DNA of 64,000 bases from Alistipes sp. (GCA_045650465.1 JAZRRF010000024.1:838-64837), one strand, 5' to 3'. Shown: positions 1 to 7,901, counted from the stretch's first letter. Notes: a model not told the origin generated them from the letters alone. Numbers and translations: made by a program.

Positions 1-41
1 TAACGATAACAAAGTTTAACTCCCCAACAAATAGAAAGTAT

Positions 42-485
42 ATGAAAGACACTTTAACAAACACATTGCGGTTTATAGCCGCACCCATAGTAGCAACTCT
101 TGTGAGTCTACTGCTATATTGGATATTCCAAAAAATAATGGTAATTCCATACACACTGAGTTGGTTCTGGTTGATTGGATATGGTTTATTTTTTATACCA
201 TTTGCAGAGAGAATATTTTCTCTGTTAGAGACCATCCTTATTGTTGCAAATTGGTTCATTATAAAAGGTAAAACCTGGATTGCAATACTACCCATAATAA
301 TATATGCAGCGTTTGGACTATTCCTTATATATGTTACCACTATTGGCGTGTATAACGGATACGAGCAAAATAGCATAGAATATGGAGCCAAAGAGGTCGT
401 TGCCAGTATAATAAATGTAGGTATCATAGCATCACCATTCAAATCCTTAATACTAACATCATTTATAAAGCAAGATGAAGAATAA
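42..485 (+). CDS. small polytopic membrane protein (about 4 hydrophobic helices), paralog of next gene
   Basis: ATG at 42; 147 aa made mostly of long hydrophobic stretches; N-terminus TLRFIAAPIVATLVSLL resembles TILRWIAVLPAAILGATL of the next ORF; first gene of a tightly packed 4-gene plus-strand cluster. Confidence 0.6.
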   Translation: MKDTLTNTLRFIAAPIVATLVSLLLYWIFQKIMVIPYTLSWFWLIGYGLFFIPFAERIFSLLETILIVANWFIIKGKTWIAILPIIIYAAFGLFLIYVTTIGVYNGYEQNSIEYGAKEVVASIINVGIIASPFKSLILTSFIKQDEE

Positions 486-891
486 AACTTTAATCACAAT
501 CCTGCGTTGGATAGCAGTTTTGCCGGCGGCGATTCTGGGAGCCACCCTCGCAAATATTGTCGCCATTGTATTTCAATACATTGAAAGTATTTTTATAGGA
601 ACTCCTATAAATGACGGCTGTATAAGCATTGTAGAAATTATACTTTGCGGTATTCGTAACGCGATTTTTGGAGCCGCCTTTGTAGCCGCAGGATGGTATG
701 TTGCCCCCTACCACAAGAATACTGTAAAAATTGTTTTAACAACAATATTTGTACTATTAAATATAATATTAGCAGCTATGTATATAAGCGGCTTTGCACA
801 CACTAATTGGGAAACATGGACCGGTATTATATGTTCGGTCGCAGGAAGTATTATAGTGAATGGATATCTAAATGAAGATGTAAAACAATAA
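475..891 (+). CDS. small polytopic membrane protein, paralog of previous gene
   Basis: ATG at 475 overlaps the previous stop by 11 nt; 138 aa, about 4 hydrophobic helices; similar N-terminal motif to ORF 42-485. Confidence 0.6.
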   Translation: MKNKTLITILRWIAVLPAAILGATLANIVAIVFQYIESIFIGTPINDGCISIVEIILCGIRNAIFGAAFVAAGWYVAPYHKNTVKIVLTTIFVLLNIILAAMYISGFAHTNWETWTGIICSVAGSIIVNGYLNEDVKQ

Positions 892-893
892 TC

Positions 894-1175
894 ATGAAAC
901 ACACGTTACTACTCTTCGCATTGCTTGCGATAGTGAGCTGCGGACAAACGAAAGAGAAAGAAATCTCGCAAAAGGAGACAACCACCGAACACCGCGAAAC
1001 CAAAACCAAAGCAACTCACTACGACGAAGTATATGTCTGCACCGGCAGATATGCAAAGCGGTTCCATTGTGATGAAGATTGCCGGGGCTTACAGAGCTGC
1101 CGAAGTGAGATTGTTGTAATGAGCATTGAGGAAGCCGAAGACCTCGGCCTTACCACTTGCGGATATTGTTATTAA
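894..1175 (+). CDS. lipoprotein with Cys-rich C-terminal (putative Zn-binding) domain
   Basis: Signal peptide plus lipobox (LLAIVSC|GQ). C-terminal YVCTGRYAKRFHCDEDCRGLQSC...TTCGYCY has a C..HC...C...C..C pattern. It starts 2 nt after the previous stop. Confidence 0.65.
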   Translation: MKHTLLLFALLAIVSCGQTKEKEISQKETTTEHRETKTKATHYDEVYVCTGRYAKRFHCDEDCRGLQSCRSEIVVMSIEEAEDLGLTTCGYCY

Positions 1176-1178
1176 CCT

Positions 1179-1538
1179 ATGCGTTTAGACGAATTCATAA
1201 AAGAAACCCTGTTGCAGATAGCAAAAGGAGTGCAGGAGGCTGACGAGGAATTGAAGAACACAACAGCCTCTGCAAGAGTTGTGCCAATGGGTAGTTATGA
1301 CTATCAAGGAATACCGGCTGTTACACCAAGAGTGAACACAAACATAAAATCATCTATGCCCGTTTCACTTGTTGAGTTCCGCGTAAAGGTCGAGACAACC
1401 AGCGACACAGAAGCAGCCACAAAGATAGGCGGCAACATAAAGGTCATCAGTGCAGACAAAGATGTGAGAACCAAAGACCAGGAAAGCCAAGTACACGAAA
1501 TCAGTTTTTGCGTACCCCTGGCTCTCTATCAGCGATAA
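1179..1538 (+). CDS. small soluble protein, tentatively Trypco2-like (N-terminal helix plus beta-rich C-terminus)
   Basis: 119 aa; LDEFIKETLLQIAKGVQEA helix, then VSLVEFRVKVETTSD...GGNIKVISA...VHEISFCVPL. From memory this resembles the trypsin-co-occurring domain 2 pattern; not verified by HMM. Last gene of the cassette. Confidence 0.5.
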   Translation: MRLDEFIKETLLQIAKGVQEADEELKNTTASARVVPMGSYDYQGIPAVTPRVNTNIKSSMPVSLVEFRVKVETTSDTEAATKIGGNIKVISADKDVRTKDQESQVHEISFCVPLALYQR

Positions 1539-1709
1539 AGTTGTACAGCTCACGCGCCTTGTCAAGGTTCACCCCATCAAAGCCCGTAGCCGACATCTCA
1601 ACGCACCACATACGCAACTTCTCATCGCTCATACGGCGGAGAAAGAAGAATTTAATTTTCTGCCACATAGTATTAAAATTTAGTGCAAAGATAATAACGA
1701 TTTTAGAAA

Positions 1710-1925
1710 ATGAAATACACAATCCAAGAAAGTAAAGAACCCGGTTGGTGGGTAGTAACTGACACCGAGAACCTTGTAGTCCTCAAGTTCCAGGAACACA
1801 AGTTCAATGAGACGCAGAAGGTCACAATGCTCGAAGATTGCCAACTCTCCGCATTGCAGCTCGCAAGAATAATGCGTGAGATAGGCGACTGGGTCGCGGC
1901 CCACCACATAGACAAAGCATTCTAA
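1710..1925 (+). CDS. hypothetical protein
   Basis: ATG-initiated 71-aa ORF with protein-like composition, just left of the att region; no recognisable motif. Confidence 0.4.
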   Translation: MKYTIQESKEPGWWVVTDTENLVVLKFQEHKFNETQKVTMLEDCQLSALQLARIMREIGDWVAAHHIDKAF

Positions 1926-1931
1926 AATCAG

Positions 1932-1953
1932 TTTGTTTGTTCTTTGTTTGTTC
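1932..1953 (+). repeat. tandem 11-bp repeat TTTGTTTGTTC x2 (candidate left arm-type site of attP)
   Basis: Read directly; the same TTGTTTGYTC core recurs twice at 2194-2215, on the other side of the tRNA-like core and in the same orientation. Confidence 0.6.
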
Positions 1954-2015
1954 CTAACTAATTTTAACAAATCAATCAATTAATAACCAAGCAGATAAAG
2001 CGAACAACGGTTTCT

Positions 2016-2057
2016 CTCTTAATCAATGGGTCCAGGGTTCGAGTCCCTGACGGCGTA
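2016..2057 (+). other. att core: 3' portion of a tRNA-Lys(CUU)-like sequence (anticodon loop to discriminator), with no 5' half
   Basis: CTCTTAA anticodon loop (CTT) 2016-2022, TCAAT, variable GGGTC, T-arm CAGGG-TTCGAGT-CCCTG 2033-2049, acceptor 3' strand ACGGCGT-A 2050-2057. No complementary 5' acceptor, D-arm or 5' anticodon stem lies upstream. Confidence 0.7.
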
Positions 2058-2157
2058 CGAAGAGAGAAAGCACTAAAAATCAAGCAGTTAGCATTGAAAT
2101 AAGGGGTTTTCTCTCTTTCTTTTTTATTCGCGAGACTCATGAAATGCGGAAAAAATC

Positions 2158-2194
2158 GCGAACTTTTGCGAACTTTTGCGAACTTTCGCGAACC
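2158..2194 (+). repeat. tandem 10-bp repeat GCGAACTTTT (3 full copies plus a partial one) between att core and int
   Basis: gcgaactttt gcgaactttt gcgaactttc gcgaacc read directly; one helical turn per unit; candidate Int/Xis or regulator binding array. Confidence 0.6.
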
Positions 2195-2215
2195 TTGTTT
2201 GTTCCTTGTTTGCTC
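2194..2215 (+). repeat. tandem CTTGTTTG(T/C)TC x2 (candidate right arm-type site of attP)
   Basis: Same core as the 1932-1953 repeats, same orientation, immediately upstream of the int start codon. Confidence 0.55.
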
Positions 2216-2230
2216 CAAATCACAAACATT

Positions 2231-3424
2231 ATGGTAACCACTAAAATTTATCTTGACGACAGGAAGGGTGAAAGTCCTTTTCCTCTTAAAATAAGGCTGA
2301 CATATCAGCGTCAATCGGTTTATCTATTAACGAACTTCAAGGTTGAGCCGGAACAATGGAATGGTGCTCAAGTTGTGAAGCATCCCAGAGCCGGTATGAT
2401 CAACAACCAGATTAACGCCCGTAAGGCGGAGATCGATTGCAAACTATATGAATGGAGAGCAAAAGGATTGTTGGCCGGGAAGACGGCAAAGCAAATAAAA
2501 GAGATGATTGAAGCGGAAGCCGGGGATAAGCGCGAGAATGAGGCCATAACATTCGGTTGCTACTTCAAGGAGTATGCAGCTAAGAAGAAGGGGCTGACAA
2601 AGCATACTTACGATTATACTTATAAGGTATTGTCGGACTACAAGAATATAGATGCTATCCCCTTTGAGGAAATCACACCTAAATGGTTGGAAGGCTTCGA
2701 TGGTTGGTGTACGACATCCAACAACACGAAGGGCATTCACTACAGGAATATTCGCGCAGTATTCAATGATGCCATTGACGAAGAGGTGACATCGGCCTAC
2801 CCTTTCAGGAAATTCAAGATTAAGAAAGCAGAGCCTAAGCAGAGGTCGCTAACTATAGAGGAGTTGAGGAAATTCTGGTATTGGCCGGTGGAGCCGAGCC
2901 AAGAGAAGTACCATGACATATTTAAACTTATCTTCTTGCTAAGGGGAATAAATCTCAAAGATCTGTGCTTGTTGACGAAGGAGAATGTCAAGGGCGGGAG
3001 AATTATCTATCAGCGTGCAAAGACAGGTAAACCCTACTCTATCAAGATTGAGCCGGAAATAAAGGAGTTGTTGGATAAATACAAGGGGGAAAACTACCTT
3101 ATTGATGTAATGGACCGCTACAAGAGTCATACCAATTTTAATTGGAGACTCAACAAAGAATTAAATAAAATAGGGACCGTGAAAATAGGCAAGCGAGGTA
3201 AAAAGGAAATTACTCCCCTACTGCCAGGTGTGACTCCTTATTGGGCGCGACATTCGTTTGCGACTATAGGCCACTACGACTGTGGTATCTCTATGGATAT
3301 TATCTCCGACTTGCTTGGACACTCTAACGGCATGGCTGTGACTAATATCTATATCAGGAAGAATGAGAAGGTTGCAGATGATGCAGCACGCAAGATTATC
3401 GACAAGGTTATGTATGGTAAATAA
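2231..3424 (+). CDS. int: tyrosine recombinase / phage integrase (Bacteroidota type)
   Basis: C-terminal catalytic signature WARHSFAT ... LLGHS ... TNIYIR. N-terminus MVTTKIYLDDRKG is typical of Bacteroides integrases. The ORF-track start at 2144 is rejected because that extension covers the repeat arrays. Confidence 0.85.
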   Translation: MVTTKIYLDDRKGESPFPLKIRLTYQRQSVYLLTNFKVEPEQWNGAQVVKHPRAGMINNQINARKAEIDCKLYEWRAKGLLAGKTAKQIKEMIEAEAGDKRENEAITFGCYFKEYAAKKKGLTKHTYDYTYKVLSDYKNIDAIPFEEITPKWLEGFDGWCTTSNNTKGIHYRNIRAVFNDAIDEEVTSAYPFRKFKIKKAEPKQRSLTIEELRKFWYWPVEPSQEKYHDIFKLIFLLRGINLKDLCLLTKENVKGGRIIYQRAKTGKPYSIKIEPEIKELLDKYKGENYLIDVMDRYKSHTNFNWRLNKELNKIGTVKIGKRGKKEITPLLPGVTPYWARHSFATIGHYDCGISMDIISDLLGHSNGMAVTNIYIRKNEKVADDAARKIIDKVMYGK

Positions 3425-3429
3425 AATCA

Positions 3430-3459
3430 CCCCCGGCTATCCTCACGGACGGTCGGGGG
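3430..3459. terminator. GC-rich hairpin between convergent int and late-operon ends
   Basis: CCCCCG (3430-3435) pairs with CGGGGG (3454-3459); sits between the stops at 3424 (+) and 3487 (-); weak U-tracts. Confidence 0.4.
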
Positions 3460-3486
3460 CCAAAATAATTATGACAATCAAAAGAA

Positions 3487-3945
3487 TTAAATTCCTAAAG
3501 GTGCATATCTCCTGCGCACTCTCTCCTTCGGTTTCGTGCAAGCAGTCATTGAATCTGTGATATTCTGTCGCAAGCTCTCACGCTTTGTCGCGTCCGCCCA
3601 GTCCGGTCTCACATTCATCATCCACAGCCTGCGTATCTCATACACCAGGTATTGCCTGATGCAGTTCTTCAGCAATTCAAGCAGATACTCCCGACCTTCG
3701 CGCAAAGGCGAAAGAGAAAATATCAAAGAGTCATCCTTGTATTCGCAAGTAAACTTCATCCAATTAAGATTAGCAAGTGAAAGCATATCCGTCACCGCAT
3801 CCCTCAAGTGATACATCAGCGCATCCTGTGTGTCCGCATTCGTCTCCGCAGCAGTCGCGTCGGGGTCGCCATTCTTGGCCGCCTCACCCTTGTACCAGTT
3901 CAGTATATTAATTTCCCTAAATAGGTCTTCTATATAAATAATCAT
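3487..3945 (-). CDS. hypothetical late protein
   Basis: ATG at 3945 overlaps the upstream stop (ATGA); 152 aa; last gene of the minus-strand late operon. Confidence 0.6.
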   Translation of the reverse strand: MIIYIEDLFREINILNWYKGEAAKNGDPDATAAETNADTQDALMYHLRDAVTDMLSLANLNWMKFTCEYKDDSLIFSLSPLREGREYLLELLKNCIRQYLVYEIRRLWMMNVRPDWADATKRESLRQNITDSMTACTKPKERVRRRYAPLGI

Positions 3946-4349
3946 ATCGGTTTCTCCCTCTTGTTAAGGATATTCGCAATATTAGTCAGCACCTCGCTAA
4001 ACACCGCCATATACTTCTCTCCCGAGCCATTCAACTCATACCACTTCGCGAGGATATAATTAACAATGCCGGTCTCCACCTGTTCGTTGATATCCTCCCT
4101 CATATTCGGCCAATTCTCGGGCATAGAGTATTTCATCGTGCCGGTATAATACCTACCAAAGGCTCTCTCTATTAGTTTTAAACCCTCGGTCATAAACTGC
4201 TGCAGCATATCCTTATTGTCTTCAGTTGCCACGCGCAGCGCATCTCCCCTTTGCACCGCAGCGTTAGCAGTCAGCCGATATACTTTAGTGAGGATACCTT
4301 CTTTACCGTCCTTGTCTTCTTCTTGAAGAGTAATTGCGTACTTTTTCAT
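3942..4349 (-). CDS. hypothetical late protein
   Basis: The ORF-track start at 4364 is GTG. The first ATG at 4349 (MKKYAITLQ) is preceded by a perfect TATATTTG box. Confidence 0.6.
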   Translation of the reverse strand: MKKYAITLQEEDKDGKEGILTKVYRLTANAAVQRGDALRVATEDNKDMLQQFMTEGLKLIERAFGRYYTGTMKYSMPENWPNMREDINEQVETGIVNYILAKWYELNGSGEKYMAVFSEVLTNIANILNKREKPI

Positions 4350-4353
4350 GTAG

Positions 4354-4361
4354 CAAATATA
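4354..4361 (-). promoter_or_regulatory. candidate Bacteroides -7 promoter box TATATTTG
   Basis: Exact match to TAnnTTTG on the minus strand, 4 nt upstream of the ATG at 4349. Confidence 0.3.
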
Positions 4362-4464
4362 CACATAACTGCAACTGATAATGTGCAGAATTGACCTTTT
4401 CTTTATTTATGGTAAACGTCACTTTCATGCCGCGAATATCAGCACAACAATACAAAGAACACTT

Positions 4465-4899
4465 TTATCCGTTTATCGCCTCCTTCAATTTCTTCTTGCA
4501 GCACTCACATTCGCATGTCAAAAGTTTAGTCACCGGGTGCATCATCATAGCCGTCTCCCCTGTGAGATATCCCGGCGGCTCGCCAGGCTTAAGGTTCAGG
4601 GCCTCTACGATATTATCTACAAGATGTCTCAATTCGTGCTGTATCGAGTTCTCATATTCCGCAGGCGACGAAGCCAACCCAATCACCATCACCGTCTCCC
4701 TTCTCCTGTAATTGCTGTACGTCAGTCCCTGGTTCAGTTTGTTGGCACTCATATTCTCCCACGCCTGCCTCATGAAATCCCGCGGACACTCAATGCAATA
4801 TAGCAACCACATGATTTCCTCAATGTAGTAACTATCCACCGCATAGAAGATATACACCCTCCAGTCATACCTCTCAATATACAGGCACTGCCGTATCAT
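4465..4899 (-). CDS. small protein with HExxH motif (putative zincin-like metallopeptidase)
   Basis: 144 aa; VMVIGLASSPAEYENSIQHELRHLVD contains HELRH; C-terminal CECECC cluster. Confidence 0.55.
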   Translation of the reverse strand: MIRQCLYIERYDWRVYIFYAVDSYYIEEIMWLLYCIECPRDFMRQAWENMSANKLNQGLTYSNYRRRETVMVIGLASSPAEYENSIQHELRHLVDNIVEALNLKPGEPPGYLTGETAMMMHPVTKLLTCECECCKKKLKEAING

Positions 4900-4969
4900 C
4901 TTGTAATTGATTTACATCTAACTGCGCACTCCTTTGGAGGGGAGCTGTCACAAAGTGACTGAGGGGAGG

Positions 4970-5401
4970 CTACTCATAGAACTCTTCCCAGTCAACAAAC
5001 TCGCCCTGCGCCTCCATTCTCACACACCACTCGCGGAATATAAGTCCATCGGGTGCATCCACATCGTCGCACTTGTTCTTCACATACAGCGCCAACCTCT
5101 GCTCATCCGGCACGCTCTCCCCAAGATAATCAGCACGGCACTTCTGCGCGGCATACACATAGTCATAGCCGCCCTTGTTCTCAACCTCGACACCGTGCTT
5201 CTTCAGCAGCTCGTCTACCTCTTCCTTGGTATAGACCGGCACCTTGTCAATCTTGCCGTTCTTCTCCTTGCGCATCATCTTCGCCGCGCACTCATACATC
5301 TTCTTGTTGAAGTGTCTGCCATAGAGGACAATATACTGCTGCTTCTCCTTCGGCATCAGAAGGAAATCATACACATCTATCGGCAATCTGTTCTTTTCCA
5401 T
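4970..5401 (-). CDS. hypothetical late protein
   Basis: ATG-initiated 143-aa ORF, co-directional in the late operon. Confidence 0.6.
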   Translation of the reverse strand: MEKNRLPIDVYDFLLMPKEKQQYIVLYGRHFNKKMYECAAKMMRKEKNGKIDKVPVYTKEEVDELLKKHGVEVENKGGYDYVYAAQKCRADYLGESVPDEQRLALYVKNKCDDVDAPDGLIFREWCVRMEAQGEFVDWEEFYE

Positions 5402-5409
5402 AGATCATT

Positions 5410-5442
5410 TGTAAAAGGAGGGGCAGGAACCTCCCGCCCCTC
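5410..5442 (-). terminator. internal hairpin/terminator in late operon
   Basis: Minus strand reads GAGGGGC-loop-GCCCCTC followed by CTTTTAC; between the stop at 5448 and the start at 5401. Confidence 0.4.
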
Positions 5443-5447
5443 ACGGT

Positions 5448-5726
5448 TCAACCTCTTGTGTAGCGACCCATAGAATCACGTCCACGACGCTCCATCATCT
5501 CATCCTCTCGAAAGCCCATCTGTCCGGGCATTCCCATCTGCCCTGGGAAACCCATGGGCGGATAACCACCGGGCATCATTCCACGGTTGCCATAACCGCC
5601 ATCACGAAAACCGCCACCATCACGGAAACCCATCTGCCCAATCTTCTGTTTCGCCTTCTGGATTACTTTCAATCCCTTGTGCAAACTCTCCTCGAGTTCC
5701 TCAAGATACTCCATATACTCCTCCAT
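5448..5726 (-). CDS. acidic-helix plus RG/GM-rich low-complexity protein
   Basis: 92 aa; an N-terminal EEYMEYLEELEE helix, then GFRDGGGFRDGGYGNRGMMPGGYPPMGFPGQMGMPGQMGF. Confidence 0.6.
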   Translation of the reverse strand: MEEYMEYLEELEESLHKGLKVIQKAKQKIGQMGFRDGGGFRDGGYGNRGMMPGGYPPMGFPGQMGMPGQMGFREDEMMERRGRDSMGRYTRG

Positions 5727-5737
5727 AGTCGTAAAAT

Positions 5738-6160
5738 TTAAAAGTAGTTTTTCAATTCAAGGAAATCACTTTTGTTAAACTTAATCACACTCATACCGCC
5801 CGTAAGCATATCCAGCAGGAAGTTATGCGGAAGATTCACCGTTACTTGGCCGTCACCTACTTTCACGTCCACCGGCCCCATCGGATAGTTGCACTCTTTC
5901 GTCTCAAGCATCACCGAGCAAATATCATCAATGGCCGTGTCGCTGTCAATCGCCCCCGTCTCGTCGGCAAGGAAAAGGAAAGCATTGTCAATGTAAGAGT
6001 TAATCTTCTCCTCCTCACGGGCGATAAAGTTATTCAAACCCTTCTTCATGAAGTGCCCAACAGGCTTGCCCTTGAAAAGTTCGTCAATCTTCTTCTCGCC
6101 CCAACTGCAAAGAGCCTTCTTCACAGCACCTTTAAAGGTGTTTACATCGTCAATCTTCAT
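5738..6160 (-). CDS. hypothetical late protein
   Basis: ATG-initiated 140-aa ORF; start overlaps the upstream stop (6157-6160). Confidence 0.6.
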   Translation of the reverse strand: MKIDDVNTFKGAVKKALCSWGEKKIDELFKGKPVGHFMKKGLNNFIAREEEKINSYIDNAFLFLADETGAIDSDTAIDDICSVMLETKECNYPMGPVDVKVGDGQVTVNLPHNFLLDMLTGGMSVIKFNKSDFLELKNYF

Positions 6161-6636
6161 ATCTTGCCTCCTTTCATCTTCAGGTAATCATCGTAACTCA
6201 TGTTCGAATACTTCTCTTTGTAAAGTTGGAAATCCGCCATCTCTGCATCCGCCTCCTTGGCAGCACTCTTCTTCAACCTCTTAACCAAAGTCAGATGATA
6301 ATCCAACGCATCCTTGCCCTCTTTCGAGTTCTCCACCATCGGACGGATAGCCCTCATCAGCACCACCTGAGTAATAGAGTCTATAACCTTCTGGCTCTCT
6401 TTGAACTCCTCGTTCTGCGCCATAATGTCAAACTCCTTTTGGCTCATCTCACCCGTCACGCGGTCAATCTCATCCCACGTCGGTGTCTGGCTCTTCTGCG
6501 GTTGCTGCACCTGTGCCCCCAGTTCCTGCAATGCCTTCATGCGGTTCGCAAGTTCCTGCTGCATCTTTCCCAGCTCCTGCATCTGCATCGAGTTGTTACC
6601 GCCCAATAGTGGGTCGCTCAAATTACTTCCTAACAT
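6157..6636 (-). CDS. hypothetical coiled-coil late protein
   Basis: 159 aa, Q/E/K-rich helical sequence, ATG start. Confidence 0.6.
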   Translation of the reverse strand: MLGSNLSDPLLGGNNSMQMQELGKMQQELANRMKALQELGAQVQQPQKSQTPTWDEIDRVTGEMSQKEFDIMAQNEEFKESQKVIDSITQVVLMRAIRPMVENSKEGKDALDYHLTLVKRLKKSAAKEADAEMADFQLYKEKYSNMSYDDYLKMKGGKI

Positions 6637-6655
6637 AACCTCCTGCCTTTAATGT

Positions 6656-7339
6656 TTAACCTGCTGCCGCAACCTGATTATTGCAACAATAACTACTGAT
6701 ACCGGTAATTGTCGGTGTTGTCGGCACCACCACAGTACCCGTAATCATGCGGCAAGTCTTGCGGTCAGTGTAGTTGATAGCCTCACCGAGCGCGTTGCCA
6801 ATCGCAAGCTGAATAATCTTGTCCTGGTACGGACGCACAGCCTCGTTCACCGCCACACGCGCCTCAAGGTTGCTTATGCGCTCCTTGGTTGCATCGTCCT
6901 GGTCACGGGTGTACTTGTACAGGCTGAACAGCTCGTTAGTCACACGCTCATTCACACGGTCAATGTTGTCGCGGTTGTTAACGTACAGGCCGAACTTCTC
7001 GTTCACATCCACATTGCGCTGCTCCGCAAGCGCATAGAGCGTGCCCGTCTTCTGTCGCCACAACTCATTGGTGAGAGCCAGCACATCCTCACACTCATGC
7101 GCATACGCATCGAATGCCGAAGGAGCACCCCAGCCACCGCCACCGTTAATGTTCACATTCGCAGGAGCGCTGCCCCCACCATTGCCAATAAGGCCACCGA
7201 TACCACCACGACTAAGCAAAGCACCTACACCCGCAACAGTACCAATGATACCCAATGCAAGTCCGGCATTCGCCTTCTCGCGCGTTCCGCGCTCATACCC
7301 CTCGCCGTGAGTAGGGTAATCTCTTGTCTCGTAATACAT
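6656..7339 (-). CDS. Gly-rich single-pass membrane protein
   Basis: ATG at 7339 (MYYETRDYP). One TM (GLALGIIGTVAGVGALL) is followed by GGIGGLIGNGGGS...NINGGGGWG. Confidence 0.6.
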   Translation of the reverse strand: MYYETRDYPTHGEGYERGTREKANAGLALGIIGTVAGVGALLSRGGIGGLIGNGGGSAPANVNINGGGGWGAPSAFDAYAHECEDVLALTNELWRQKTGTLYALAEQRNVDVNEKFGLYVNNRDNIDRVNERVTNELFSLYKYTRDQDDATKERISNLEARVAVNEAVRPYQDKIIQLAIGNALGEAINYTDRKTCRMITGTVVVPTTPTITGISSYCCNNQVAAAG

Positions 7340-7432
7340 AGATAATATAGTTTTTAGTTGCTCGGCCACTATTGACCGACAGCGCAAAGTTCTATATTAT
7401 TCCCTCTCAAAGAAAGGAGTTCTCCGCTCGCG

Positions 7433-7440
7433 CAAAACTA
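7433..7440 (-). promoter_or_regulatory. candidate -7 promoter box TAGTTTTG
   Basis: Matches TAnnTTTG on the minus strand, downstream of the 7490-7517 terminator and about 94 nt upstream of the ATG at 7339. Confidence 0.3.
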
Positions 7441-7489
7441 CTTTAAAACCATTTTTAAACTATTTTGCCACTCTACTTAAACTCTACTG

Positions 7490-7517
7490 CAAACAAAAAG
7501 GGAGCATCACTGCTCCC
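7490..7517 (-). terminator. rho-independent terminator overlapping the stop of ORF 7507-7815
   Basis: Minus strand GGGAGCA-GUGA-UGCUCCC (GNRA loop) followed by TTTTTGTTTG. Confidence 0.55.
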
Positions 7518-7815
7518 TTAATTCCTTTTCAAGTATTTCTAATCGTTTTTTTAGTTTCTCCAAACACACCTCCGCACTCCAGGATATCGCCTTGCGGTCA
7601 AACTTGTTTATTACCGTGCATATACTGCTACGCCACATCGGGCATAGCTCTGCCATGTCTGCGCAAGTAAGATATGGTCTCAGGGCAACTACGAGAATCA
7701 TTCTTCCTTCCCTGCAAGTTTCCTTGTTCGACTCGAATAACTCACACTCATTTACCTCGAAGGCATCTAATACCTCACCGAGAGCCTCATTGTATAAGGC
7801 CTTCTTAATTTTCAT
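7507..7815 (-). CDS. hypothetical protein
   Basis: ATG-initiated 102-aa ORF followed by a terminator. Confidence 0.55.
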   Translation of the reverse strand: MKIKKALYNEALGEVLDAFEVNECELFESNKETCREGRMILVVALRPYLTCADMAELCPMWRSSICTVINKFDRKAISWSAEVCLEKLKKRLEILEKELREQ

Positions 7816-7901
7816 AGAATCATTTCTTTAATTAATCATAGGTATATATAACTCTTGCACGACTACCAATAAGCCGCGCTATTATATTGTATGTAATGTG
7901 A

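Noticed and set aside
1501-1722. Minus-strand small ORF (43-73 aa depending on start) convergent with the cassette
   Set aside because: It overlaps the 3' end of ORF 1179-1538 and its start is ambiguous. The MSDEKLRMWCVEMSATGFDG... part is mildly protein-like, but I cannot support it enough to list as a feature.
1990-2060. Complete tRNA gene
   Set aside because: Only the anticodon loop, 3' anticodon stem, variable loop, T-arm and 3' acceptor strand are present. No complementary 5' acceptor strand or D-arm exists upstream, so it is an att core rather than a functional tRNA.
2144-2230. N-terminal extension of the integrase ORF starting at 2144
   Set aside because: The extension is translated from the GCGAACTTTT and CTTGTTTGTTC repeat arrays and gives an implausible peptide. 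MVTTKIYLDD at 2231 is a typical integrase N-terminus.
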